This document shows, piece after piece, positions 12,001 through 19,679 of a stretch of 64,000 nucleotides of DNA. Numbering within the stretch: position 1 is the first letter of the stretch; each line of letters opens with the position of its first letter. Location: IMG/VR virus record IMGVR_UViG_3300017917_003143, positions 248,001-312,000 of that record, one strand, 5' to 3'. The notes below the pieces were generated by a model that worked only from the letters and a program-made list of their open reading frames with translations, was not told the DNA's origin and did not search any database. A program made the position numbers and the translations under genes.

Positions 12001-13476
12001 AGCTGTAGTTGGTGTGCCGGTGGCTTGCTGATTCAGTGTCCATGTATTGCCGGTTCCGCTGACAAGATAAGTGCCTTCTGTGACTCCGCCTCCGCTGAGT
12101 AACATTCCAGGTAGTGGTGTGCCACCCAACGAACTTGTAAAGGTCAGAGTATTGCCTACTATGATCGGATCTATAAATGTTACAATAGGAGTCGTTACAT
12201 CGTCGACGATGATTGGAACTTCTTGTGCGCTGTCTACTAATCTTATTAGGCCGAACAGTTCAGGATTATCTGCATCTTGGTAGTAAAGATAATCAAGGTC
12301 AGCTGTGATCAGCGGAACTCTTTCAAAAGTTCCAGACGCATTTTTATAAAAATAGATGTTGGAATATTGGGTACCGTACTGTACCAACAATTTACTTAAA
12401 TTATTAACTGGTTGATCTACAGTGAGTTTGATGTAAGGATTCAACGTATCGTCATAAACCAGATTGATGCGCCAGATACTATACTTCTGGCTATCTAAAG
12501 TGATTTCTATTGTTTCATCAAACGGAGTATCGTCATATGGTTGTCCGGCACTGTCGAACAAGCCTGTGTAAAACCATCCTGCATCGCCAAGAAAAATTAT
12601 AGTGCGGCCACCAATGTCTGTGACTCCGTCAATACCACCATACTTTGCGATAAATTCATCAAGATAGATATTGTTGATTTCGTCAAAATCTATATTAGTT
12701 GCAAAGTCAACTGGGCCAGCATCAGCCAACTGATAATAGAAATTCTGTGCTGATTTTTCTGGAACATTAAAGGTTATCGTGCCGTTGTCATCGCCATTGT
12801 TGATTACACCTAGGACTTCTCGGCTGCTCTGATTTGGTGTTTGAGGCAGCACCCCTGATGTACCTGGCACAGACTGTATCCAGAAACGATGTCCGGTCTG
12901 TTGTACATTGAATTCATAAGAACCCTGGCGTACCAGTGTGATGGTAGGATTTGTGCCGGCCACTCCACTGAATGTGTAATTGTTGGTATTTCTTGTGACT
13001 GTGAAATCGTCTTCCAAAGGAATAGGATTAGCAAACACATCCACAGAGTCTGGGCCACCGGGCAACCAATAATACTGACTGAAGTTTACAAACTTATCAA
13101 AATCAACAAATGGGTCCCATGAATAGTACTGGCTGGTAAACAGTCGATCTGCTCGAGAAGTATTACCGCCCTTGACTCCAATAGAATCGACCAGTCCTGG
13201 ATAAGTCAGCGCATCCAATACTGTGTTGGTATTGGGTTTTAAAAATACTGTGCCAGGCTCTAACTGATAGTCGGTTCTTTGTCTAGTTGGTTCAAGAACA
13301 TAGTTGTCTTTGGGATTTACACCCGGGCCAACACGACGCCCAATAAAACCTTGCGTGGGCTTGAGCTTGGGATCTTGTACCAACTGATCCAGTGTCGCCG
13401 ACAAGAACTGGCGATTGGTAGGTGTGCGAAAGATTTCTGGTAGAAAATCTACTGTACGAATTCTTGTATTGGCCAT
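1..13476 (-). CDS. Giant virion structural protein, >=4492 aa, runs off the window edge; putative baseplate wedge/adhesin (positional analogue of T4 gp7) with seven FG-GAP-like repeats
   Basis: ATG at 13476-13474, 1 nt after the gp6 stop, reads MANTRIRTVDFLPEIFRTPTNRQFLSATLDQL. Spot translations are open and protein-like at about 8461 (SVVDFLLSYGAFQER) and at 1-60 (TGDPGSYDYGTGTVVATNVF). All minus-strand ORFs the track lists in this interval are in another frame, consistent with one uninterrupted ORF that has no stop inside the window. Confidence 0.88.
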   Translation of the reverse strand, partial: MANTRIRTVDFLPEIFRTPTNRQFLSATLDQLVQDPKLKPTQGFIGRRVGPGVNPKDNYVLEPTRQRTDYQLEPGTVFLKPNTNTVLDALTYPGLVDSIGVKGGNTSRADRLFTSQYYSWDPFVDFDKFVNFSQYYWLPGGPDSVDVFANPIPLEDDFTVTRNTNNYTFSGVAGTNPTITLVRQGSYEFNVQQTGHRFWIQSVPGTSGVLPQTPNQSSREVLGVINNGDDNGTITFNVPEKSAQNFYYQLADAGPVDFATNIDFDEINNIYLDEFIAKYGGIDGVTDIGGRTIIFLGDAGWFYTGLFDSAGQPYDDTPFDETIEITLDSQKYSIWRINLVYDDTLNPYIKLTVDQPVNNLSKLLVQYGTQYSNIYFYKNASGTFERVPLITADLDYLYYQDADNPELFGLIRLVDSAQEVPIIVDDVTTPIVTFIDPIIVGNTLTFTSSLGGTPLPGMLLSGGGVTEGTYLVSGTGNTWTLNQQATGTPTTARLVNIIGSKEYTSPNGVVFSNGLKVQFQGPTIPESYSGKEYYVEGVGSSITLLPVTRFITPETYTRSTTVPYDSTPYDATPYDDTLNAPLDQDYITINRASHDFNAWSRSNRWFHVDIINATAEYNGTVPILDNNYRAKRPILEFVPSLKLFDFGTEGLPPINIIDFRETDAMSNINGSIGYSVDGYAFQDGTRVIFAADIDPEVRNKIYEVTFIQPSPGDTPIIDLQPADLNTPDQLFDQSVLVTSGITQQGTTYWFDGSTWIPAQQKTGVNQPPLFDVFDENGVSYSDRLVYPGTSFVGTKLFSYAPGEGVTDSIIGQPLKYLTINNVGDIVFDNNLYIDTFIYVQDTISIEVPINDGVVRQYQNRTEFTKLLGWKTAETEVVSRQSFSFNYVTGENLVIDIPVDVTSSAIPVKVFVNAVFVTPDEYTYTVNPDNSTTIAFINQPADGSSVEVSVVSNVASPTGFYSVPLNLENNAVNAVVPELTLGTIRNHYGTICQNLPEFQGDINGPNNSRDLGDLVPFGQIIMQQSAPLTMASTFINNPGYDFFRALEFSSAQYEKFKNVLMDTVVKNNFQNMTSAEILDECISLINLGKTEVTPFYWTDTIPTGETFQETVYTVTPITSNTFDTLYTYDFDQANYRAVLVYLNNEILLGDSIEYTVATDGPRLTILVPLEIGDVVTIREYTTTYGNFVPSTPTKLGLYPSYVPQKFLDDTYVQPTFVIRGHDGSITVAYNDIRDEVLLEFEKRIYNNLKVESNPIPLVFEDVAPGQFRTTDYTQNEITQILGTSFLAWVGANKLAYREQEYIPDNEFTWNYSSSQNKLNNQTLLGAWRGIYNYFYDTDAPNTRPWEMLGFSEKPTWWEDEYGPAPYTSGNLVLWQDLEDGRVMDPAGSYVINKYKRPGLTSVIPSGSEGQLLSPFEVMVGEYDQGSFRKSWTVGDDGPVEASWRKSSAWPFAVQRLLALTRPAEYFALFADRDLYRYNNDFGQYLYNNRFRLQPENIEIYGNGTIKNSYINWIVDYNRQTGLDSTADLKVVLENIDVRLCYRLAAFSDKQYTKIYTEKSSPNSLNTSLLLPDESYQYLLYKNPTVATLTWSSVIIQKTDLGYAVYGYSTTRPYFEILVSVPNGNYRTIRVADTVVRAPNDFSNNVVQVPYGYEFTTVNSVVDFLLSYGAFQERQGMSFEDKEGSRILNWTQMAQEFIYWSRQGWATGSLININPVANTLNAMKPNLVAEPLSITAPEDILLNQNKQALQGQDYVVERFENDLTLRAVNNNTFSYLNAKFTAYEHMIVFDNVSIFNDLIYNPATGARQSRLLFIGYTTYDWNGSLDAQGFILNQDNVEAWSPNRSYSKGQIVKYKDAYWSAVKIIPPTDKFDFNVWLKSDYNDIQKGLLPNAATNSSEVRNFYNINSANLERDADLFAFGLIGFRPRRYMQNLNLDDISQVNIYSQFLGTKGTTQATDIFTKANLGKETAEYEIFENWAIQRAVYGANANRSYFELRLNEALLLANPSTVEIIEPQQFSTADQTILVSNIWKQSYPITSPNILPTTDLSATDSQLPSAGYVNWNDADIKLFNFTDLDNIINDIENITVGTSVWVAKDNEYDWNIYRNNLVIYNMTQVRDNLNGTCTFTFAGQHGLSPNSQIVIKYFGEGIDGAYRVLSVPNLKTVTVELTLGGAVTQINGIGICFVLETMRVAQASDVSNLVYANSLLPGNKAWVDDDGTGHWVVYQKIDPFTSSTELVPLEPIVGSRFGSSIAQGFGGLAAIVGAPGYNSEAGAVYGYTKGGTTSYVESILLTMGANNFVGYGDSVACGNNSWGIAGAPRSWANQGYAVAIYRNSDSGNFIQSQLLTEVPYRLYQTTGNGVTTSYDPSGSITITDPAKVGVVIDDVVQVYGVNWTYSAPNIVFTSVATDSTPVAAPPNGSLISIFLYDEYGYSVAISPDERWMYVGAPAGNRVYAYNKVDVQLQAKNFVGDGSTTTFYIADTIVVDNDSAGGGIGSQQIGVTVNDLPKTANVDWTYDGENVVFDTPPNTGDEIRIIRLQSKTFFPNTPTTVFNIEELYTATDIYSFSVYVNDILQRPNMDYTFNPLTQDITFLQGVFGTILVTSISYWQYVDYLPVPGLPTNARFGHSITTTTDGRQIVIGAPNDTVGGKLLAGQVYVFDRCVERFTVTNPSTTTYSTLRNFNGPATVKVNATFLIPDGLNNNGQFVEDNANTVTIDYPLNVGDTIEIETNEFQLMQAVASNAPQAGATFGKAVDQCPTNCSLYIGQPNDSAVLPEAGSVERFVNQNRLYGIITGVEQDPTLTPGDTVRINNVDISVSTPTPWNSSIGWSANTFVIDGVTIYRSIRSVPVSVSIDNTTYWQQSSWVELYANDINVAATPVPSGPTAGLVLIPNVSASVSNGYLTISIANSNAAIPFSQLLVSPGVGTAFSDLGLEPMHYTQTVEAPNQIAYAHFGESVAISDDSRTLVVGSPQGTAAKPTTFDNGATYFDSKATEFFDPLSESGVVYTYDLLSSANGSIRNPSKFVFGQQIYDETLQSLDEFGTAVSYFNGILLVGSPQDDLGDSIGDYGRISQLNNVDRLAAWNPIYRETPIVDVKLINSVFSYDKLESKVTQYFDFIDPLQGKILGSARQNIDYLGALDPANYNVGEVNNFGDTWNETYLGKMWWDLSTVRFIDYHQGSIEYASRRWGQLFPGSTVDVYQWIESDVPPAQYDGPGTVYSTTSYVVASKLNNDGLFATRYFYWVKGIREVVTRAKKTLSAEAVAQYIENPRSSGIPYIAALASGTLALYNARQFISAQDTILHVEFDKIANDDNVHVEYDLIPAGNPEGFLGAGLYRKMLDSFCGEDTLGNKVPDPKLSPAELYGVQFRPRQSFFADRFLALQNYLERANAILAQFPISDSRPFNLLNSEEPEPTSASGEWNKRVATYTELTFQDLGEVPFGYKYLVVSDETQNGLWAIYTVTPTIDGISKYLLLSRVQNYDTKKYWEYIDWIQPGYNASIKPVAEVATFNDLSRLTVPEGASAKVTRNSFGKFEIYQYLGGEWIRVVLEDGTIRILNTVWDYNAGKFGFDVETFDSQYFDQYPAIETRQIIKAINEELLTGELQIFRNELLMLVFEFILTEFNAPDWLFKTSLIDVDHRIRELLPYQIFRQDNQDFVLDYIKEVKPYHVKIKEFNLKYYGLDTYEGTVTDFDCPAYYDSGIQGFEAPALDDTQPPKYSNSEPSTAAIWQEIPWNQWYQNYTLVLQGVDVIEPGAGYTVPPVVTIGNEWQPNTAYATDQQVFYLGNLYTIQDGGTTGDKPPTFTSGVQTNGTATLAYAGSTAFAVARVNTAGQLVEVIVVETGSGYTVTPTVTISGGNGLGARAVPVLGNELVRNFLTTIKYDRYNYNSQVVDWEPNTKYLEGQLVRFQNQVYSVNAVDDSAELDSGPIFDPTQYTEVDQATLDAADRVIGLYTPSPNEPGRELQQVMLGIDYPGVQVAGPLFSQNTGYDVGNFDINPYDNISYGPEGRPTYDPAILDAIYESSFLDPYLGTRATDINVDGGAFIDTFSSHAPEELIPGSTFDTLDLRVYTRPGADWEGNGHGFNIKSINLEYTTVDNTVSFANVMRHAVAVRVINVTNRVSLIPEEEYTVDWAARTVTVIAGAANGDVIDLQVYGIGGGSQLYKESYPGQFVGNSLTIPVITAVNWSTFTVYSRGTYVRYNNEVYRVNQTINSGSSFNFIFYTLVDSESVLDEILILVNGEIITNYTYAPVNGYETLITFDDTYDATDWVVITVLGATVPPSSWSFPQTQYFIYDGSTTTYTLSNSLQGTNEINLIVERDGQRLRPSESVEYFGDGSTMGPYYLPTRGKVSGGLVSPTDVKVYIDQELAVQNVDYVISTWDGSSDLYVEFFTPPEVGAQIVIALSTDADYIVNGDQLILRVGAATGAAIAVTTWNDTREQGLLTQVFVGPTETGTIVGEPYDDTPFDEGDVTGDPGSYDYGTGTVVATNVF

Positions 13477-13477
13477 G

Positions 13478-16400
13478 TTATATTACTCCGCTGTTGGGTG
13501 CTGTGCGGAGTTCGCTTGCGGTAAGGGCGTCAATGACTTCAATGTCGTTGACTGTGGCTGCATTGACAAATATTTCATCGGCAGAACAACGTATTTCATA
13601 TAAGTCACCAAAACTCTTGAGCGGATCTTGTGGAACAAGCACTACAGTGGAAATAATATCTCCTAATTCTTTGTGCAGATAGGCAGCCAGTTCTGAAAAG
13701 TAGAATGTCAATCCAAAATCCCATTTGTCAATGGTAAAATATTCGTTGATGGCTGCTACCATACGGCTCTTGATTTCGCTGACACTGATCACCGAATTGG
13801 CACTGCGCACTACTTTCAAAGTGGCACGTAGCTCAGGAGCGGCTTTGACTCCAAACAATGGTTTGAATACCACTGAATTTAAAATAACGTTGTCGCTGAT
13901 CATTTTGTACTGTTGCAAACTATTGTAAGATGTAGTAAGTTCATCTATGGTAGGTGGCTCTGGTTCTGGCACAGTACCAGTAGAATCTTTAATGTAATTC
14001 TGATAAGAATTGTAATAAGCTGTTGTGACCAAATAGATATCAATGATGTTGCTCGATCCTGGATCAATCCTACGACTCAAAGGTGCATTGTGACGATACT
14101 GGAAATACAATCCTTGACGACCAGTCTTGGCTATCAGACCTGTGACTTGATTCAGAGTCCTCACGCCATTGAAAGCAATATTTAATTCATAGAAGACTAA
14201 CTCGTCAGTGGCATAAAAATATTGTCCGTCGCCGTACTCGGCCTTGATCAACTCTATCTGGTCTTTGGTAGCATACTGACTGATCACTGTTCCTTCAGCC
14301 AGAGGTAAGAATCTTTCAAGATTGTCAAAGTCTACTGTCTGTTGGAAGAACACATATTTGCTTGTTGGGTTGATCTCTGGTGCTACCAAGGTTTCAAAAT
14401 AATCTGGATCATCGGCCACACCGTCGTTGTCAAAGTCTTTGAAACTGATCTGCACTTGGAAATCATCTACGAAACCATCACTTTGGATAGGCTGGCCAAT
14501 GATGTCCATGATAATATCACTGTTTTGTGGCAACGAGGTATCTGGCAAATTATTTGTTTTTAAACAGTTGATAAAGTCATTGATCACTGTTCCGGTGCGT
14601 GGATCGTACACTTGCTGTGTGCCATCGTAGAAGAATCTTGTCTGTAGCAAACTGGCCCAGAATCTTTGCAGTGCTCGATAAGTCACTGTATATGTCACAC
14701 CATCGGTTTCAAATGCCACCAGCCAAGAATTATCTAATCCTTGTCCTGATTGATCTTGCTGATATGCCAAACTAAATGTAGTGGCTGGATCAAGGTTTTG
14801 TGCTGTAATCACATACCATTCGCCGGTGAGGTTGTTATATCCTAAGCCAAAGTTACGATACAGTTCAATCTGGTCAGTCATGGTCTGTTCAACTGATGTA
14901 GGTAGATCAGTTACAAAGGTTGGTATGACTTGAACTGGTATAGCATCTGTGGGTATAAAATTGTTCAGTGTAACTGGTCCGATACCGTTGGCAAAGTTTC
15001 CATTGCCAAAGTTTGTACCGTCAAGCACAAGATTACTGATGGTCGCCCACAATACCACCTTGTCATTGGGCAGTGTAGGCAACCCTAATTTCAATCTATT
15101 GTTCTGATCAAAGTAATATCCAGCGGGTGGCACAAACTTGATCAATGACCCTTCGGACATGTATTTTTTGTTGTCGCTGGTCTGCGGGCCAATAGGAGCA
15201 GGTGCCTGCGAAGCGATGAATTGGAAATATCCAGTGGTTTCGTTGGCCGCAGTAGTGCTCTGTATCCACTCTATTCCAATTGGAATCAAGTTGGGTCTTA
15301 GGAAATTCTGATAATAAAATTCCAACATGCCTCTGCTGGCTAGCACGGGTTCAACTTCGTTGGCGATAACATTGGCAATATCGTTCTTGTCAATGAACGT
15401 GAATGTAAAACTTGGGCTTGCAGTATTTTCATAGATCAAGCCGTCGCTGGCAAAAATATTAGTTGATGAATATTTGCCTGTGATATCTACCAAATCAAGA
15501 TAACGACTGGTTCCAATGGAACTGCGGTTCACGGCCTTGGATTTGATGATAGTTCCGAACAGTGTGTATGGGAAGTTGTTGTAGTCTTCGCCGTTGACCA
15601 TACGGTTCTGTGTGTAGTAACGAGCAGGAGCACGTTGCTTGATGTCAGCGATGTTTTCTCTGCTGGCTGCATTAGAAACAGGTTGGCTAAGGCCACAAGT
15701 AAATGTGATAGTTTCTAACTTACCTGTGCGGCTGATATATCCAATAGAAATCTGGATAGCCTGCATCTCTTCTGGATTGATGATATACTGTAATCCATTG
15801 GATGCACGTACATAGGTACGGAATGTGCCCACAGGAATCTCTGTAAACACGCCGTCACCAAAGTTAAGATTGATCTGGTCATTGGTACGACTGGTAACGC
15901 TGAAGAATTTTCTAGCATCAGGCGCCAACTGTTCCACAGCGGCTGAGTACAAGTTGGGAACTTTGTCCCATTCGTATTGTATGTTGCCTATGTCATCGAG
16001 CTGATATAACCATACATCGTCTTCGTTGATACCTTCGATGTTGACATTGACCACGCGGTTTGAAATACGCTCGCCAAGATTAAAGTCTTGATTCTGTAGT
16101 GTACCTTGTTTGAAATAAAAGAAGAACCCTGTGTTAGGGCTGGCAAATCCCAAACGATCATTGCGATACATCACATTGAATATACCCGATGGACGTGGTG
16201 ATGGCTCATATACAAAATCAGCGTCTTGTGTGGTAGAGCTCACTGCTTCAAATGTCATTGAGCTACCATCAACTGTGGCACTAAATGGAACCACTGGCAA
16301 ATATCCTGGTACCAAGTTAATGCTGTATTCTTGTGTTTCAATGCCAAGAATGTTTTTCGTAGATCCTGGTTTGCCAAAACGCTGGCTGTCTACCAAGGCA

Positions 16401-16885
16401 GAGTTAATGATGACTGTGAACTGTTCTTGCCAGTTTGGATTGGTAGTATCATTCCAGTTCACTGTGACACCACTAAGGTTTACTCCGTTGTAGTCGATCA
16501 CGTTTTCTGTGGTAGAAACGTTGAACACTTTGAGATAGCCTTGTGCTTCTTGATTTCGTTTGGGAGTATAGCTGACAAGGTTGGCCAGCTTGACCACTGA
16601 ATCGCGTCGTTCGGCTGTGTCTAAAAAGTTTTCGCGGATGTTTAAATCGTTGCGGAAGGCCAATGCTTGGCCCATGAACGCCATGACGTCGAGCAGAGCA
16701 ACAAACTCTGACGACTCAATGTAGTCATTGAAATTTTCTGGATAATAGATGCGAATGTAGTCAATGAAACTCTTGCGTAGGGTTTCAAAATCGTAACTTT
16801 GGAAATCCGCTTCACGATAAGTCGTGTAGATGCGTTTCCAATCCTCTACTCCAAATATCGCGGTCTGTCGTGTAGTTTTAGCCAT
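13478..16885 (-). CDS. gp6: Baseplate wedge subunit, gp6-like (1135 aa)
   Basis: N-terminal DFQSYDFETLRKSFIDYIR...SEFVALLDVMAFMGQALAFRNDLNIRENFLDTAERRDSVVKLANLVSYTPKR, plus RYYTQNRMVNGEDY; typical gp6/baseplate J; lies next to gp25. Confidence 0.9.
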   Translation of the reverse strand: MAKTTRQTAIFGVEDWKRIYTTYREADFQSYDFETLRKSFIDYIRIYYPENFNDYIESSEFVALLDVMAFMGQALAFRNDLNIRENFLDTAERRDSVVKLANLVSYTPKRNQEAQGYLKVFNVSTTENVIDYNGVNLSGVTVNWNDTTNPNWQEQFTVIINSALVDSQRFGKPGSTKNILGIETQEYSINLVPGYLPVVPFSATVDGSSMTFEAVSSTTQDADFVYEPSPRPSGIFNVMYRNDRLGFASPNTGFFFYFKQGTLQNQDFNLGERISNRVVNVNIEGINEDDVWLYQLDDIGNIQYEWDKVPNLYSAAVEQLAPDARKFFSVTSRTNDQINLNFGDGVFTEIPVGTFRTYVRASNGLQYIINPEEMQAIQISIGYISRTGKLETITFTCGLSQPVSNAASRENIADIKQRAPARYYTQNRMVNGEDYNNFPYTLFGTIIKSKAVNRSSIGTSRYLDLVDITGKYSSTNIFASDGLIYENTASPSFTFTFIDKNDIANVIANEVEPVLASRGMLEFYYQNFLRPNLIPIGIEWIQSTTAANETTGYFQFIASQAPAPIGPQTSDNKKYMSEGSLIKFVPPAGYYFDQNNRLKLGLPTLPNDKVVLWATISNLVLDGTNFGNGNFANGIGPVTLNNFIPTDAIPVQVIPTFVTDLPTSVEQTMTDQIELYRNFGLGYNNLTGEWYVITAQNLDPATTFSLAYQQDQSGQGLDNSWLVAFETDGVTYTVTYRALQRFWASLLQTRFFYDGTQQVYDPRTGTVINDFINCLKTNNLPDTSLPQNSDIIMDIIGQPIQSDGFVDDFQVQISFKDFDNDGVADDPDYFETLVAPEINPTSKYVFFQQTVDFDNLERFLPLAEGTVISQYATKDQIELIKAEYGDGQYFYATDELVFYELNIAFNGVRTLNQVTGLIAKTGRQGLYFQYRHNAPLSRRIDPGSSNIIDIYLVTTAYYNSYQNYIKDSTGTVPEPEPPTIDELTTSYNSLQQYKMISDNVILNSVVFKPLFGVKAAPELRATLKVVRSANSVISVSEIKSRMVAAINEYFTIDKWDFGLTFYFSELAAYLHKELGDIISTVVLVPQDPLKSFGDLYEIRCSADEIFVNAATVNDIEVIDALTASELRTAPNSGVI

Positions 16886-16929
16886 AATACCTTCCGTGAA
16901 GTATTTATGGTTTGAATAAACTGGTCAGT

Positions 16930-17304
16930 TTATACGTAGGAAGCAGTGCGTGTCTGCTGATCGAAAAACACACTCAATCGTTCGGCATTGGTGCCTTGTA
17001 CTGTTTGTATTTCCAGTTCAACCAAGATGCCGTTAATCTGTGGATATGCTGTGGCATCTGACAGATAGATCCTAGGGTCTTGCCCAACAATGCGTTGCAT
17101 TTCTTGTATGATGAGCTCTGCTGTTTGTTCTGTCTGTGGTTCAAAAATCAAGTTCCACATAGTGGTGCCCACATCTGGACGACCCACTTTTTCACCTTGA
17201 CGTATATTGAAGTAATTCAAAAGGTCACGCTTGATCAATGCAAAGTCTGTGAGCACAAACTTTTTATATTGGTTAATAGTATTGAATCCAATGAATGTAG
17301 GCAT
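16930..17304 (-). CDS. gp25: Baseplate wedge subunit, gp25-like
   Basis: LIKRDLLNYFNIRQGEKVGRPDVGTTMWNLIFEP...DPR matches the gp25/GPW pattern; 124 aa; between gp5 and gp6. Confidence 0.9.
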   Translation of the reverse strand: MPTFIGFNTINQYKKFVLTDFALIKRDLLNYFNIRQGEKVGRPDVGTTMWNLIFEPQTEQTAELIIQEMQRIVGQDPRIYLSDATAYPQINGILVELEIQTVQGTNAERLSVFFDQQTRTASYV

Positions 17305-17311
17305 AGTATAC

Positions 17312-17317
17312 TATTTA
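17312..17317 (-). promoter_or_regulatory. Late promoter TAAATA before gp25; representative of the minus-strand copies
   Basis: Minus-strand TAA(A/G)TA also at 16902-07 (gp6), 19665-70 (gp5), 24842-47, 31917-22 (gp26) and 61935-40 (gp14). Confidence 0.75.
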
Positions 17318-19657
17318 AGCCGTTTGTATCGGAGGTAATGGGGGTAATCCGCGGCGTCTGCGTTCAGCATTTACACGGGCCAGCACTATTTCGTCGTCGC
17401 CTGAATAAGTGAGTTGAGCATCCGTTGTTCCTGCATAAAGACTGGATTCGTTGGAAAATCCAGGAACTGGAATCTTAGCATTGCCAATTATAGAGCTCAC
17501 AGCACTGTCGATGCTACCACGATTGACAGTATTAGTCGAGCCTGGCGGCACTGTGCTGTATCCTTTGATAGCTTCGCTGATTTTTTGATTGGCCAGGCTC
17601 ACTGCAAATTGTCCGCCGCGGACCAGTTTGTTAATGCTGTCAACCAGTGTATTATTACCAATCGTTCCTTTGATCCATGAGTTTATTGTTTCTGGTCCAT
17701 ATTTTGACCCAGCTTGTACCAAACCTGCCAACTTGACTGGATCTTCTTGCCCTGTGACCACACCTGCTGATCTTAGATTCTGCAAAGATGCTTGGTACAG
17801 ATCTGATTGCACAGCATCCTGGAGATTGGGATCAGATAATAGTGCTGTGGCGCTGGTGACTCCTGCTTGTCCAGTCCAAACACTAGGACTCGAAAGTATA
17901 TCTGTGGTAGTTGCTGTACCATCAGTCAAGTAAAATTCCACAGTGCCTGGTTTGAGATATCCAGCATCCTCCAGCTGTTGGGGAGTCAACCCATATTTTC
18001 CCACACCGTATTCGTCGCTGATTTCAAAAAAGTCTTGCGGTACGTCTCGGCTGGCCTGGGCCAACATGCCAGTGACTTGATCTGGTTCAATACTACCAAC
18101 ACTGATCGTAGCCGGAGCTTGATTTTCGTAATCTTCTGCAGATATCGCATCAAACTCAGTGTCTTGTATCTTTTCTAATCTGTCTGTGATTTCTGCTGAT
18201 GTTGGTACTTCACCACCTGAGGCTTGCAATTCTGTTGTGGCTGTTACTCCGCGACCATGGAAAGGATAAGGTTCATGTGTGGGAGCCCGAGTCACGATAG
18301 TTTGTAGTGCGCCTGACTGCGACACCCATCCACGATTTGGTTCAAATTTAGTGTCGGGTAGATTTTGTTTGACTATCTCTGATGGCTTTGGAACATCGGG
18401 TGCATCGCCGCTGTTGAGAGCTATACAACCTGCTGATAATACCATATTGCTGCCACCATTCCATGTGCCGCTCTTTGTGGCTTTGAGGCTCAGTGAGCCA
18501 TCGCTTTTGACTCCCAAGAAAGAATCGCTGTACAACAGCATGGCTTTTTTGGCATTGGCCTGGATGAGGTTTCCTTCTAACGTCAATGCTTGTTCGCCTC
18601 TGATGTTGATTAACCCTTTGGCATTCATGTTGATACTACGATCAGCATGTAAATTTATGTCGCCTTGGCTCCGCAAGTTGATTGAGTTGGTAGCATAAAC
18701 ATCCACTGTTCCTTGGCTGCCAAATTCCAACCAAGTCTGTCCATTGGCATGTGTGATATAAAAGCAATCACCAGAGTCGCTCATAGTGATCTGATGACCT
18801 TTAGCTGTGCGGATACGCACCAACTGGTCTGATCCAACAAGATCACCGTCGTCCATGACAAAACTATGTCCACCACGACGTGCTATCACTGTGGCATCTT
18901 GAGGTTGTACCGCGCCTGCTTCAAGTCGCTGTTTGATATCTTGTTCGCTGAGTCCACCAAGGTAGATGGGACGTCCAGGTGTGCTGATACCGTAAACTGC
19001 ACTGGGGCTTTCTCGCTGTGCGTTTGATCCTATGGGTCCACGCACTGGATCATTGATCAATCCTTGCTGTAACAGTATGGCAGCCACGACGCTGTGTACC
19101 GGTTTAGTTTGATTGTAAAATTGAGGATTCTCATCCAGTGCTTTGTTGTTGATATTGAGCTCAACCACTGGCAACTGGGTGCTGTTCTGGAAATATTGGC
19201 TCTGGCTGTTGTTATCCAGTTTGAATTTCTTGCTGGCGCCAATGGCCGGAAGCATGTGATTGAGTGCTGGCTCAACTATGGCTCCTAGATAGTATCCATA
19301 GTTGGAGTCGCCAGACGCAAAGAAACAAATAAGATTGGTACCAATGTCCGGCGGTGTAAACCACATACCATAGCTTTGTCTGTTGTTTACATAACCACCT
19401 TCACCAGTTTGCTGATCCACTGGTGGATTGGTTGTTCCATAAAAGGGTGATACTGGTGTTACGGTGCGCCACAAGTCAGGATTGTCCTTGTCTGGACCAG
19501 CAAAATCTTCAATCCAAACTTTGACTCGACCACCGCGTATGTTGTCAACTACTTGTCGTACTTCGCCTACATACATGCCCACCTGGGTGGGAGCATTGCC
19601 TCGATCTAATTTATAGGCACCTGGTATGCCCGAAGTTCGTTGATTAAATTCTGCCAT
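17315..19657 (-). CDS. gp5: Baseplate central spike, gp5/VgrG-like, with a C-terminal lysozyme-like region
   Basis: OB-fold start GMYVGEVRQVVDNIRGGRVKVWI...YGMWFTPPDIG; RRGGHSFVMDDG...RIRTAKGHQITMSD beta-helix; later GVGKYGLTPQQLEDAGYLKPG. Confidence 0.85.
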   Translation of the reverse strand: MAEFNQRTSGIPGAYKLDRGNAPTQVGMYVGEVRQVVDNIRGGRVKVWIEDFAGPDKDNPDLWRTVTPVSPFYGTTNPPVDQQTGEGGYVNNRQSYGMWFTPPDIGTNLICFFASGDSNYGYYLGAIVEPALNHMLPAIGASKKFKLDNNSQSQYFQNSTQLPVVELNINNKALDENPQFYNQTKPVHSVVAAILLQQGLINDPVRGPIGSNAQRESPSAVYGISTPGRPIYLGGLSEQDIKQRLEAGAVQPQDATVIARRGGHSFVMDDGDLVGSDQLVRIRTAKGHQITMSDSGDCFYITHANGQTWLEFGSQGTVDVYATNSINLRSQGDINLHADRSINMNAKGLINIRGEQALTLEGNLIQANAKKAMLLYSDSFLGVKSDGSLSLKATKSGTWNGGSNMVLSAGCIALNSGDAPDVPKPSEIVKQNLPDTKFEPNRGWVSQSGALQTIVTRAPTHEPYPFHGRGVTATTELQASGGEVPTSAEITDRLEKIQDTEFDAISAEDYENQAPATISVGSIEPDQVTGMLAQASRDVPQDFFEISDEYGVGKYGLTPQQLEDAGYLKPGTVEFYLTDGTATTTDILSSPSVWTGQAGVTSATALLSDPNLQDAVQSDLYQASLQNLRSAGVVTGQEDPVKLAGLVQAGSKYGPETINSWIKGTIGNNTLVDSINKLVRGGQFAVSLANQKISEAIKGYSTVPPGSTNTVNRGSIDSAVSSIIGNAKIPVPGFSNESSLYAGTTDAQLTYSGDDEIVLARVNAERRRRGLPPLPPIQTA

Positions 19658-19679
19658 AGTCGTCTACTTATTTGCTGTG

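Noticed and set aside
1-13400. Apparent low coding density or genetic recoding in the first 13 kb
   Set aside because: Explained by the edge-truncated giant ORF. Elsewhere genes end normally at TAA, TAG and TGA, so there is no sign of stop-codon reassignment.
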